A DNA stretch of 64,000 bases from Hamiltosporidium tvaerminnensis FI-OER-3-3 (lineage: Eukaryota; Fungi; Microsporidia): assembly GCA_022605425.2 (NCBI GenBank), contig CM061250.1, forward strand, positions 248,001-312,000, written 5' to 3'. The position numbers were made by a program, and so were the translations under genes. Position 1 is the stretch's first letter, and every line of letters starts with the position of its first letter. This document shows, piece by piece, positions 12,201 through 22,585 of this stretch. Under the pieces are notes generated by a model. It did no database searches, had not been told where the DNA came from, and saw only the letters and a list, made by a program, of their open reading frames with translations.

Positions 12201-13109
12201 CCAATTTTTCTGTTTTTCTTGAAATTTTTTTTTGTAATTATAATCTGAAAATTTGTTTTCTATGATAATTTCAGTATAATTGAATACACCAATTGCAAAA
12301 GCCAGAAGATATGTCGGTAAAGGTTCTGTTTTATTAAAAAATACTTTTTTATACTTTTCGCCTATCAATATTTGATGAGGCTGTGTATTTGAAAGTGCAG
12401 TATAATACTTAGGTATTCTCAATATTAATGTAAAATGAGATTTGATAGATGGGTGATCAAAACAAGGGAACACATTTCTTGCATATGATGGCTGAAACTG
12501 TGTAGAGTATATCTTGTTCTCGCCTTCGATATCTTGATATTTATTTCGTTTTTCTTTATCAATATAAGTTTTGTAGAAACCATGTGGTTTATGATGAATT
12601 TTATTATTAAACATAATTATTAATTTACTGTTACTTGACGGTTCTACATCAGAAGGAATATAAAGACTCAATTTTTCATCAATAAGTGTAGGTATTAGCT
12701 TAAAAGGCTCATGATAATTTACAATATCATCTTCAAAAACATCATTGTAGTCAAAAACCTTATTATCATCGTTATCAATTTTTATATCGAAATCTAGTTT
12801 TTTGGTATTCAAAATTCCTTTCCAAATAAAATGTTTTTTGTTATTTTCAGTATAAAAATGTATTTCAGTTATTGTTGATTTATTAGAATTGAGATATATT
12901 TTATTAGATTTTTCCGAATTTTCTAATAGAATATCAACTCTTCCTTCGTAACTATCGGTATCACCACTCAAAGACAAATATAGTTTATAATCTATAGGTT
13001 TAAAATTGAAATCATTGTTTGCTTTTACAATCGAAACAACTATACAAAGTATAAAATACTTTAATATTTTATCTTTCTTCATTTGAATTTCAAAAAATTT
13101 CAGTTTCAT
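9297..13109 (-). CDS. M1-family zinc aminopeptidase with N-terminal signal/anchor and a large low-complexity insertion
   Basis: TQFQPSYARNVFPCFDHP, IAMEN (GAMEN-like), HEISHHWFGNLVT..W..LWLNEGFA (HExxH-x18-E), IYNKAALILRML; hydrophobic YFILCIVVSIVKA near the N-terminus. Confidence 0.95.
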   Translation of the reverse strand: MKLKFFEIQMKKDKILKYFILCIVVSIVKANNDFNFKPIDYKLYLSLSGDTDSYEGRVDILLENSEKSNKIYLNSNKSTITEIHFYTENNKKHFIWKGILNTKKLDFDIKIDNDDNKVFDYNDVFEDDIVNYHEPFKLIPTLIDEKLSLYIPSDVEPSSNSKLIIMFNNKIHHKPHGFYKTYIDKEKRNKYQDIEGENKIYSTQFQPSYARNVFPCFDHPSIKSHFTLILRIPKYYTALSNTQPHQILIGEKYKKVFFNKTEPLPTYLLAFAIGVFNYTEIIIENKFSDYNYKKKFQEKQKNWYLGKNLQDILHRDKSETMIISTSSIFIKYNEIKSRNKESLQQKTATYSGLKIVETNNTNTEILPTNSTKERYITTKSNISSSNTSSFSKVNLLKTVSISNINIDNPKTHDFTKMQISQNISTTEFLLTTKDFINTLFKDSGTKTLPLSSIDFTESKTKNIEPQNINSSVIPVPPIYQINNDISNKNDKNTDPDKIPNYDSNSEINDSELLNKNSDFLNNKVNEKNHLYESITQSSNNSLTKISSGNNKNKEPTNAHLTVRFYIPTAYKLSDTFYGISIAKKCIKYFLSQFKIALKTEKIDFLGIPNFEDIAMENDSLIIFRLEYLLYNSFKDSFDHKKEVGDTICHEISHHWFGNLVTCKDWSDLWLNEGFATYYSNEILKNWTFFSLKERNKTLKYDSKSKTHIVRIKGKFENEDKTFLSKIKEFWKSSLSKKTNLKEKTTQRFYSPPNNTPDVNNYEYYIIYNKAALILRMLEVKIGKLNFKKRIGRYLFRNKGRNADLNNFLEFMRDSQGMIVEWLEKKHFPLIRVKEENKHLIFSQETYINKFDDVESNCSSETDIEKIKFKFKKFKNKIIEETEKNIESLWEIPLILHLNNKTITFLLNDTSLKILPDKENNNIDSISKGYYVPSYGMFRILYDDDSSYNSLIMALKNNLLNSEDQINLLSDYFDFIVNYGVDLEKFFNIIIFINNNDPHVLEKAIMDLKKLKSIFYKENGLQQKVKNVITYLLKDIKPNTDETKCLALTEKVINNEIEILKKMSKKYTFETEKKPDSNFKENEQKFFLNSFLSYISHKNIFKERNSKNTINSCERLSIFISAVKRINTERLFKDLLLKYDMYEYTKEKEDVITALSYFNDDFIFTQVLDLFRSNKISSDSKKLLSEKITENSKKRDFIYEYMIFFFEDIKSSTHEWPDIYFNIFITVSDKNMMMKVRNFIYQNNEFEYMREEIMQVIKENNYILESSIYFS

Positions 13110-13594
13110 CTAAATAGAATGTTTTAGTTATTTTTATATATCTGTTTTATAAAAAAAATTATGTGTAATTACGAATAGAAATTCATTATACATTTTTTTT
13201 ATTCAGAATTATATTATATTACACATTTTTCTATTAGAATATATTTCCTATTTAAGATTTATGACATGTAAAATCAGTACAATGATATCAAAATAATGTT
13301 TTAAGAAATATTTTTGTAAAAAAAAACATTTTGCAAAGTTTAAAATTTAATAAAATAATTCGGGATTTATTATCAATATATTGTAAATATTATATAGATT
13401 TCCCTTTTTACATTTACCTTATATAAATCAATAACTAATTTATAAGTTTAATTTATATTTAAAATATTACATAGATTTCCCTTTTTAAATTCAATAAATC
13501 AATAAATAATTTTTTTTTAAATAATCCATCCTTACCTTATCGGTGTAGAGAATCAATAAATATAATTTTCCAGTTGTTTTTTTTAATCTGTTAT

Positions 13595-13732
13595 AACTTG
13601 GAATTATAAGGGATTGTCCTATAGATCAAGTGTGGTTTATATCCTACCAAAATGATAGCATTGATTTTAAATGCGAATTATACAAACTCATTGCCAAGCA
13701 AAAGTTTTTAATGTGGTTATCTTCCCTTCACC
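13595..13732 (-). mobile_element. Short element sharing the 5' head of the 720-bp SINE-like family (variant body)
   Basis: 'actcattgccaagcaaaagtttttaatgtggttatcttcccttcac' is the reverse complement of the family head. Confidence 0.65.
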
Positions 13733-13862
13733 ATGTTACCGCCTAAAAAAGCGTAATATTTCTCACCCATATGATATATTAAATGGAAATATCTTCCCTT
13801 CACCATGTTACCGCCTAAAAAGGCGTAATATTTCTCACCCATATGATATATTAAATGGAAAT
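13719..13862. repeat. 72-bp direct tandem duplication (2 copies)
   Basis: atcttcccttcaccatgttaccgcc...aaatggaaa starts at 13719 and 13791, with one internal mismatch. Confidence 0.95.
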
Positions 13863-13960
13863 TCTCCTGTGTCTTATCTAAAGGAAAAGTAAAATTTGGA
13901 TGAGGGAACCATAAGAGATAGATTTTAAAATATTATGAAATTATTTTGTAAGATATTTAA

Positions 13961-14299
13961 CCCTTGGTGTGGATGTAGGGGAGATAGAAAGATAGGAATC
14001 CTTGGTGTGGATGTAGGTGGGATAGAAAGATAGGAATCCTTGGTGTGGATGTAGGTGAGATAGAAAGATAGGAATCCTTGGTGTGGATGTAGGTGGGATA
14101 GAAAGATAGGAACCCTTGGTGTGGATGTAGGGGAGATAGGAATCCTTGGTGTGGATGTAGGTGAGATAGAAAGATAGGAATCCTTGGTGTGGATGTAGGT
14201 GAGATAGAAAGATAGGAACCCTTGGTGTGGATGTAGGTAGGATAGAAAGATAGGAATCCTTGGTGTGGATGTAAGTGGGATAGAAAGATAGGATCCCTT
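13961..14299 (+). repeat. 38-bp G-rich minisatellite, 9 units (one with an 8-bp deletion)
   Basis: Unit ccttggtgtggatgtaggtgRgatagaaagataggaat starts at 13962, 14000, 14038, 14076, 14114, 14144, 14182, 14220 and 14258. Confidence 0.97.
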
Positions 14300-14571
14300 C
14301 AAAAAAATGTCATATAATTCATTCATCAAACAAAGATATAATATATCCTCATAAATCCTATAATAAATATAAAAACATAATTCTTCTGCCAATCCAACTT
14401 AAAATTTTATTTTAATTAATTTATTTTTAAAAAATTATTTTCTATTCACCACAAATATTTATTCTACTCATTTAATATTATTTTTCAAATGTTTAAGGGT
14501 TTGAAAAAAAAGTAAATTTTTTTCTTTAATTTTTCAAATTTTTTTTAAAATTTTCAATTTTTATTCGACCC

Positions 14572-15159
14572 ATGGATTCATTGATAGGAATAAAAGGCAA
14601 TGATTTTGTTTTAATTGCATCTGACACAGTAACAAAATCATCTCTTCTTCTTATTAAAGATGATGAAAATAAGTTTTACAAAATAAATTCTCATCTTATT
14701 ATGGCATATTCTGGTGAACAAGGAGATTCGTTTAGAAATTGTTCTTTTACTGCTGAGAAAGTTAAATTTGAATGTCTTCAGAACCAAATACATGCTACAC
14801 CTGCAGTTGTGGCAAATGTTTTACAAAAAAAATTACATACTGCTTTAAGAAAGCAACCACTTTCTACATCCTGTCTTATTGCAGGAAAAACACCAGAATC
14901 TTTTTCTCTTTACCAGGTAGACACATACGGTGCCATTTCTTCAAGTAAATATTTTTCTCTCGGTGCATCTTCATATTTTACGTACGGTATACTCGATAAG
15001 AATTATCATGAAGGTATTACTTTAGAGCAGGCACTTTCTACCCTTCAAGAATGTGTAAATGTACTTAAAAAAAGATTTGTTCTTGATATTCCAACATTTA
15101 TAGTTAATATTGTTAGAGATTCTGGTATTGAATCTTTATCTCTTAAACCTTCTGAATAA
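14572..15159 (+). CDS. PRE1: 20S proteasome subunit beta-4 (PSMB2/Pre1)
   Basis: MDSLIGIKGNDFVLIASD, GEQGD, YFTYGILD, LKKRF; no N-terminal catalytic Thr; CCC immediately before the ATG. Confidence 0.93.
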   Translation: MDSLIGIKGNDFVLIASDTVTKSSLLLIKDDENKFYKINSHLIMAYSGEQGDSFRNCSFTAEKVKFECLQNQIHATPAVVANVLQKKLHTALRKQPLSTSCLIAGKTPESFSLYQVDTYGAISSSKYFSLGASSYFTYGILDKNYHEGITLEQALSTLQECVNVLKKRFVLDIPTFIVNIVRDSGIESLSLKPSE

Positions 15160-15508
15160 AATTTCATTTGTCTTCTATAAATTTATTTTTTTTATTTTAT
15201 TTTGTAATTTTTTTTCCTTTTTTTTAAATAAATTATTTGTCATCTCTAGATTTATTTTTTTTATTTTATTTTTTTCCATTTTTTAAATAAATTATTTGTC
15301 ATCTCTAGATTTATTTTTTTTATTTTATTTTTTTATTTTTCTTCTTTTTTTAAATAAATGTATAATTTTAAAATTTATTTTCTAATCTAAAATTTTACTT
15401 TTAAAAACTTCTTTTAAATTATTTAAGTGCCTTCTATAAATTTATTTTCAACTGTGAAATTTTACTTTTAAAAACTTATTTTTTAAAATAAAATTTTTCC
15501 CTAAAAAA

Positions 15509-16237
15509 ATGTCAGCTGAAAATATTTTAGCAGGAAATGTTTTAAGACTAATAATAGACAATCACAGCAGAGATACATGTACATCAAAGAAAGATATTAA
15601 ACACATGTTTAAAATATCAACAAATGATTTGATTAGTACTTTAAATAACATAGAAAATAAATTAAATAATATTTGTATGAAATTGGTTGGAATTTATAAA
15701 GATTTTCCTACTGAGGATTTAAATTTAGCTGAAAAATTTTTTATTGTAAAAAATATTTCTGATAAATTTAACGAAAATTTACAAAATAATAGTGAAAGCA
15801 GTAAATTTACAAATAAAAATGAAAATAAAATTCATACAGAGGATAACAATTGGAATCAAAATAATAGTGAAAGCAATAAATTTACAAATAAAAATGAAAG
15901 TAAAATTCATACAGAGGATAATAATTGGAATCAAAATAATAAAATATGTGATTCTAACAATAATGAAAGAAACGATAATATTAATAATCAATATAATAAA
16001 GATTTTGAAATTCTTGTTATTATTTTGGGTGTATTATATTTAGAAGGTGGTCGATGTTCGTATAGAAGAATGGTTGTTGTTTTGAAAGATACAATTAATT
16101 TTGAAAAATTTATTTCAATTTTTAGAAAAAAAGGATATTTAAAAGTATATAAAGAAGATGGAGAGGTAATGATAGAATATGGGTGGAGGTTTCATTTAGA
16201 ATTTCCTTCTTTCAGTATCGATGAAGATATGTTTTAA
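15509..16237 (+). CDS. NSE3: Nse3/MAGE-domain subunit of the Smc5/6 complex
   Basis: C-terminal MAGE winged-helix pattern LVIILGVLYLEGG...KKGYL...EYGWRFHLEF; CCC motif upstream. Confidence 0.72.
   Translation: MSAENILAGNVLRLIIDNHSRDTCTSKKDIKHMFKISTNDLISTLNNIENKLNNICMKLVGIYKDFPTEDLNLAEKFFIVKNISDKFNENLQNNSESSKFTNKNENKIHTEDNNWNQNNSESNKFTNKNESKIHTEDNNWNQNNKICDSNNNERNDNINNQYNKDFEILVIILGVLYLEGGRCSYRRMVVVLKDTINFEKFISIFRKKGYLKVYKEDGEVMIEYGWRFHLEFPSFSIDEDMF
15782..15940 (+). repeat. In-frame 75-bp (25-aa) tandem duplication inside NSE3
   Basis: QNNSES(S/N)KFTNKNE(N/S)KIHTEDNNWN x2 plus QNN; units start at 15782, 15857 and 15932. Confidence 0.93.
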
Positions 16238-16714
16238 AATATTCTTTTGAATATAAAATATTTATTCATGCAAATATTTTTTGTAAAAAAAGAAAATTTG
16301 ATTGGAAAGAAAACCAAATTTTATTTCTTTTGATGATTACAACAAATATTTCATTTATAAGTTAAAACTTGTGAATTTATACTAAAACTTCCTTCAAATA
16401 GATAAATTTAATTTAATGATTACAACAAATATTTAATTTATAAGTTAAAACTTGTGAATTAGCTTAAAAGAAACGAATTTTTTTTCATTAAATATTACAA
16501 CAAATATTTCATTTATAAGTTATATTTATATTTAAAATAAAAATTCCTCGAAAGAATCAAAGGTTTAGAATAAATAATTATTTTATTTACGTTATTCTTA
16601 TAAATAAAATTATTCTTTTCATTTTTATTTGAAATTAAAAAAATAAGTTTTAAAAAATTAAAATTTTAATTCCATAAATAGAAAATAAAAATAAGAAATC
16701 TAACTAACTTATAT

Positions 16715-17281
16715 TTAAATAACAACACGATAATATAAGGCTGTACCTGCTGATTCAGATTTACGTAATATTTCAAACACTTGTCCTCTTTTAGCCCCAT
16801 AATATCGTGCAACTGGGTCACTCTTAAGTATTTTAGGAAGTTCTTGTTCTTTAAGTTTACGATTCTTAAGAAATATTTCTTTCTCATTTTCTGATAATAA
16901 AATATGTTTCGGAACCAATTCGTGTTTAGTCACATTGAAAAGAAGTTCTCTTTCTTTGAATACTTCGATTGTAAATTTGGAATTATATTCTTCAATAAGT
17001 CTTGATGAAGCGGGTGAAAGTGCTTCTTTACAGATAAGAAGGATGTGTGATATATCTTGTTTTTCAAACGACTCGATAAGCATCTTTAGTGTTTTAATAC
17101 CAACTTTGGCTTCATCGCAGTAGTGCACAAGAAGTTGTGCGTTCGTTTTTTTGTGGTGTACCAACATTTTTAATTCGGCTGAATTTTCTAGAAGACGAGT
17201 GTCTATTATGTATTCTCTGTCAGTTAACATTTCAATCAAAGTGTTTTTGCAAAGTAAAAGTTTCTCTGAAATTTCGGTCAT
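16715..17281 (-). CDS. RPB5: RNA polymerase I/II/III common subunit Rpb5
   Basis: EMLTDREY, ELLFNVTKHELVPKH, LPKILKSDPVARYYG, RKSESAG..YYRVV. Confidence 0.97.
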   Translation of the reverse strand: MTEISEKLLLCKNTLIEMLTDREYIIDTRLLENSAELKMLVHHKKTNAQLLVHYCDEAKVGIKTLKMLIESFEKQDISHILLICKEALSPASSRLIEEYNSKFTIEVFKERELLFNVTKHELVPKHILLSENEKEIFLKNRKLKEQELPKILKSDPVARYYGAKRGQVFEILRKSESAGTALYYRVVI

Positions 17282-19944
17282 AAAAAAATAAGGAGGTGGT
17301 TTTTTTGTGATAAAAAATATTTTTTTTATAAGAAATTTGGCAGCTTTTTTTTTTAATGAAATTATTTTTTAAAATTTAAATCTTTAAAATTAAGGACCCT
17401 CTTTTTGTTAAGAGCATTAAGCAACAAAAGTAAGTAAATGCTTGGTCATGACTATACTAGACGACATAATGAAATCCAATGATATATATCTATATATATT
17501 GGTTTTAAGGCTTCAAAATGAATTAGGACCAGCTTGTGTGAAGTAATTTTTGAAAATGAGTATATGGAAACAGAAGTGAATACCAGAAATAAATTGATGT
17601 CAAATTTCGGAATAATATACCAGCATATTGATTATATTCAAAACAAAAAATATTCACTCTCATTTACGATGAAATTACTTCCCAAGATTCACTCAAAATG
17701 GCTAAATTGTAAAATTTTTTTTCAGTTGTTCCTTTCCCTACCTATAGAAGACAATCCATGATTTGAATTAGAGCTTCGCCTATTAAATGCCTTCATAGAC
17801 ATTTTTGCTTAGACTGTTAGGCTGTCGGCCCAATAAAAACATTCTTTGTTCGAAGGATAAAGAGTATAGTTCTGGCAATCTAAATCAACTCTTCGGTGGT
17901 ATATTTCAATATTTCATACAAGACCATTAAAATAATACCGAGAAGCTTTAGTAATATGACTTTATAGCAAATGGGTTAGATCTTATTTAATAATTTAATG
18001 TAGAGCTAATTTCCTATATGTCAACTTTGGGGGTATTCGGGCAATGACTATAACATGTACCTTAAAATACTAACAATACCAACAAATTTAAGGCATACAT
18101 TGATTAGATAGTCCTGAAAAGACATTTAAACAAAATTTTTGCCAAAAAATTATATATTAGCTGGGCATATATGTCAAATAGAGGGGGATAGGGTGTATAA
18201 TTACTGTAAAGAGCAAAGAGATGTAAACAACCAATATCCTCCTTAATTTAAACTATGGGAAGAAAAGCAAAAATATATTTTAAGAAACGAAATCGGAAAA
18301 TATTTTGAGTCATAAATTATTTGGCGCAATCATTACAGATTAAATTATAATAAATTAATAAAAAGCCAACGATTAAATAAAAAGCAAGGATGGCTAAAAT
18401 CGAGCAAAAAGAATTTTAAGTGGGAACATGTTAGTTGTAAAAGCTTTAATTAAATAAAAATGAGTTTTTAAAAGCACGATTAATTTTTCTTTTTAAAAAA
18501 GCCTCAAACCAGGGCTTTTGTTCTATTTTATCTGACTATTTCTTATTGATAATATATTTGAATTTAGAAATTTAACTCCGGATATTTGTATTTTTTATTT
18601 CATACCTAATGATCTGTATTTATAATGATCAAAATTAACTTGATCGTTCACCTAAATACTGTGAAATATTCCTTAAAATATTAATTTACAAAGAAAATTT
18701 TTATTCTTTTTTGTCGTTAGAAATTTCTGTTATAAACTTATATAAATTCATGAATTTTTAAAAAATGGCAGATATTATAACATCCAATATAATTAAATCG
18801 TGTAAAACTCAAATTCTCAAGAATAAATTTTAATATTGCAGTTTTTGCTTTAGTAAAGATACATTTAATCATTATTTTGGCATATTAAAATCTATGATGT
18901 ATCAAAGAAAATGAATCTATTATGTTTATATTACTGTTGCACCAAATCTTATTTGAAGATAATTATATGTCTTTCTTATAAGTGATAACTTAGTAACAGG
19001 CTATTTTACATATTTTTTAAAATAGATGTAAATATCTTTTTAAAAAAATGTTTTAAATAATAAATGTTGAATGCTTTACTGTTCAATTAAATCGTATTTA
19101 CATTAAAATTTGGTAAAAAAAAAAGTCGATTTGATAGTATTAGAAACCAATTTTTATTGATTAAACAAATATTCAGGTTTAAATTTCTATTGCATAGAAA
19201 TCACTCAAAGAAAATTCAAAAATCAGTATGTAATATTCTAGATCGTTAGGCTTTTTTATGAGTGCTTTGATTTTAATTTAGAGTTTAGATTTCAATTGGA
19301 CTAATTATAGTTTTAGTGCAGTAAAAGATTTTTTGTTTGTTCTTTGTCACATTATAATATTAAAGCATTGCAGACATGAAACTGATAAAAAATCTAAATT
19401 ATAAAACTTATGAAAAACATACCAAATTTTATAGCAAATTTTAATCTACTTATAGAGGGAAATTTGGAAACTCATGCTACAAATAAATTAAATCTGCTGT
19501 TTTTATTTTAGAAGGAAAAGGAAAAGATGTATTTTAACATGTATAGGAATGAAAATAAAATTTTTCGTTTCTTAAATACTTTATAATAAAATCTAAACCA
19601 TTGTCATTGAAATGGATTAAAACCAAGAAAATTCATTTGAAAATCCAAATGTCACATTTTGAAAAAGTTCATTTAATATGACTGGTTTAATGTAATTCCG
19701 ACTCGATAATTTCAAATCAATAACCAAAACAAAATTATTTTTAATAGCATTGTTGACAAGAAAGCTGATTGTAAAAAATTAGTTGCATTAGTCAATCAAG
19801 ATAAAATATAAAATACAATTTTTATCGCGAATTTTTCTTAATTAATCCAAATTCGGCATAAATTTATAATTTTATACATGTTTTTATCAATTTTGGAGAT
19901 AAAACTCACAAACGTTACACATTTTAATTAAAAAGAAGTTTATA

Positions 19945-21513
19945 ATGGTTTTTTGTGTTCTAAAAACTTGTATGAGCAATATGAAAAGGAACATTAAGTT
20001 TACGATTCAAATTTTAATCCTATCAGCGTTTGTTAAGTTAACCACTTTGGAACACCATAAAAACTACCTTACGCTACTTCTGAATGATATATGTGAGCTA
20101 AGTATAAAAGAAGAAAATATTGAAATTACTGAGAACTTTTATAAAGAAATAATATGATATTTCTTATACTCAAAGAAGATAATAATTCGTACTATCTACC
20201 AATTTCCGAATCTTTTGAAGGCGATAATGAACAGATCTACAGCAACGAAATAATTATGTTGATTAATTCGATCAAATATAAAGATACAAATTTATCTGTC
20301 AAAAACGTCTTGGAGATATTAGTAAAAAATAAAATTTTTATATTTCCTGGCTTATTTAAACTTGAAAAACTCAAAGAATACGTTTCGAAATACGAAAAAG
20401 ACACATTCCAACATGATAGATCATTACGCCATGGAAGAAGTATGGTTTTGAAATTTATAAGAGAATATATTGGAAGAATTGATAATTTTATTTCAAAATC
20501 TGAAAATGGTATATATTTTATCGGCCATAATTTCAGAAAAGATACTATTTCGTTAAATATGAAATCTTTTTTCGGTGAATCAGAAGTAAATGACACGATT
20601 ACAATTATAGAATGTGAAAATGAATTAAAACATATAAACATAGAATTCAAAATATTTTTTTTGTTTTTAATTTTAAAATCCCAATCAAGTGAGTTACAAA
20701 AAGAAGAACTTGAAATGATTTATTCCCTTTTCGGTGCTTTAGGAATCCCTCTCGATGAACTTTTTTATAAACTTTTTGATGAGTTGTTTCCATTTATTGT
20801 TTCTAATTAATTAGTCCCGAATCGACAAAGTAGCGAAATTTTAAAAAACTTTTTTGGTTTGATTGTAAGTGGTATAGCAGGTGCAAATATGAATTTTAGC
20901 CATAAGACAGTTTATGAAACACTAAAATATATTTATAATAGTAGTTGTCAGGAGTTATGGACATTTTTTTCTTAAAAACAAACGATTGTGTCATTCTTTG
21001 CTTGTGAATTTTGAAGATGCTATAGCTGCATTTCATTTAGCTCATAATATTCAAAATGCATTCGTAAATTTATTTTTAGATAGAGAAGAATATAGCAGAA
21101 CTTCACTATCAAATATTATGTTATGCCTGTTTCATCTTTCAGAATTTATCAAATTTGTGCCAAAAAATATTTTTAGGAATATTGACATGATATTATCTGA
21201 TATCGACAATGATTTGTTGCAACTAGCGCCGTTGATGAACCAGGAAGAATTAAATGAACATGCAGCAGAATGTTTGAAACAAAGGTTGTCGTTAGAACTT
21301 TTAAGCAACAAAGGAATAATGTGTGATTGTTTAAGCAGATTTGTTGGCAATTTGTTAGATCTTACCAAACAAAATAGATCTGAATTTTTAGAAAAATTTA
21401 GTGTGCATTTTAGTAGATTTCTAGCATCTAATTGGCTTTTTTGCCAATATATTGTAAGAAATCCCGAAATATTACTCATTTTACTTTCTAAAACATCTAT
21501 TACAATTTATTAG
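19945..21513 (+). pseudogene. Fragmented, diverged member of the lineage-specific 'IFPGLFKL' putative secreted family
   Basis: Consecutive ORFs 19945-20157, 20154-20810 and 20986-21513 align collinearly with 54861-56381 (IFPGLFKLEKLKEYVSKYEK; NMKS..GE). Confidence 0.8.
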
Positions 21514-21858
21514 ATCACGAGAAAATAAAATGATATATTAAAAGATATTTTGATATTCATCATACCACAGCTTTTATATTATATTGTTTTTTTAAATTTT
21601 TTAAAGTTTTTTTTTATTAAAATTTATTATATATAATTCTCAATTCTCTTTAATTAGTCTGGCATTTGTTATAATTCAATATCTTTATTTGTTTTTGCGA
21701 CTTTTAATATATAGTATTCAATAAAGGATACAGCAACATTCTGAAAATTCTACTTCTCGTATAAGTTCGCACTCAAACCACATCTAAATTTGAGTATAAA
21801 ACCAGCACTAAAAGAATCGGTTTTTTTCGAAATTTTATACATTATGTTAACACATAAA

Positions 21859-22585
21859 GTTTTAATTAAAAATATCACATCGTTTTACAATAGTGGCAAG
21901 TGTTATATTTGTTTTTATGACATTAACGCAGTTCTAGATTTAACATAAATAACTGCTACCCCAAAACTCCATCAGTAACCCCTGCGATACCTACGTCCCA
22001 AAGCCTTTCATCTACCAGGTGTGTAGAACCTAATTACTAGGCGAGGCAGTTGCCCGGAGTTCGTTAATGTCCGTTGCTTGGAGTGTGATCGAAGGCCGGC
22101 CACCCGGGCTCTCCCAAGACTATGCAGCATTCCCACTTACTCTATACTTTCGGAACCCAATAAACTTCTAGCTAAGATATATTTCATAGACTTACATGGG
22201 GTTCACCTAGACAGTGCAATGTCATACCAACAGGTATAACCAGCTACTTAGCTTTCCTGGCATTATATGGTTTTTTGTTTTTTATCTCCCAGGCGCTAAG
22301 TCTTCTAACCCGAGTGAGCAAGGCTAGGTTTCCATGCTTTTACATGGCAATTACCTACATGTTCAGCTGCGGTCTGCAATCTGGTTACATAAAAAACTAC
22401 AAATAAATTTGTAAAAAAAGTTTCTCCATTTCTTAGACCTCTCCTCTTCATAACAACTCCCATGGAACAACCGATGATGTAGTGTGGTTGTATTCCCACC
22501 AAAAATCCAAACAATGATCACAAACCATTTTCACACACTCATTGCCAAGCAGAAAGTTTTTTATGTGGTTATCCTCCCTCCACAA
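21859..22585 (-). mobile_element. Young full-length ~720-bp SINE-like element with a 12-bp TSD
   Basis: TTAACACATAAA at 21847-21858 and 22586-22597; near-identical to 41748-42478. Confidence 0.93.

Noticed and set aside
13961-14299. CRISPR array
   Set aside because: Units are contiguous with no unique spacers, there are no cas genes, and the context is eukaryotic; it is a minisatellite. ORF 13925-14392 is a by-product of the repeat.
17534-18450. Slightly GC-richer stretch that may be a decayed TE or gene
   Set aside because: No recognisable motif could be reconstructed.
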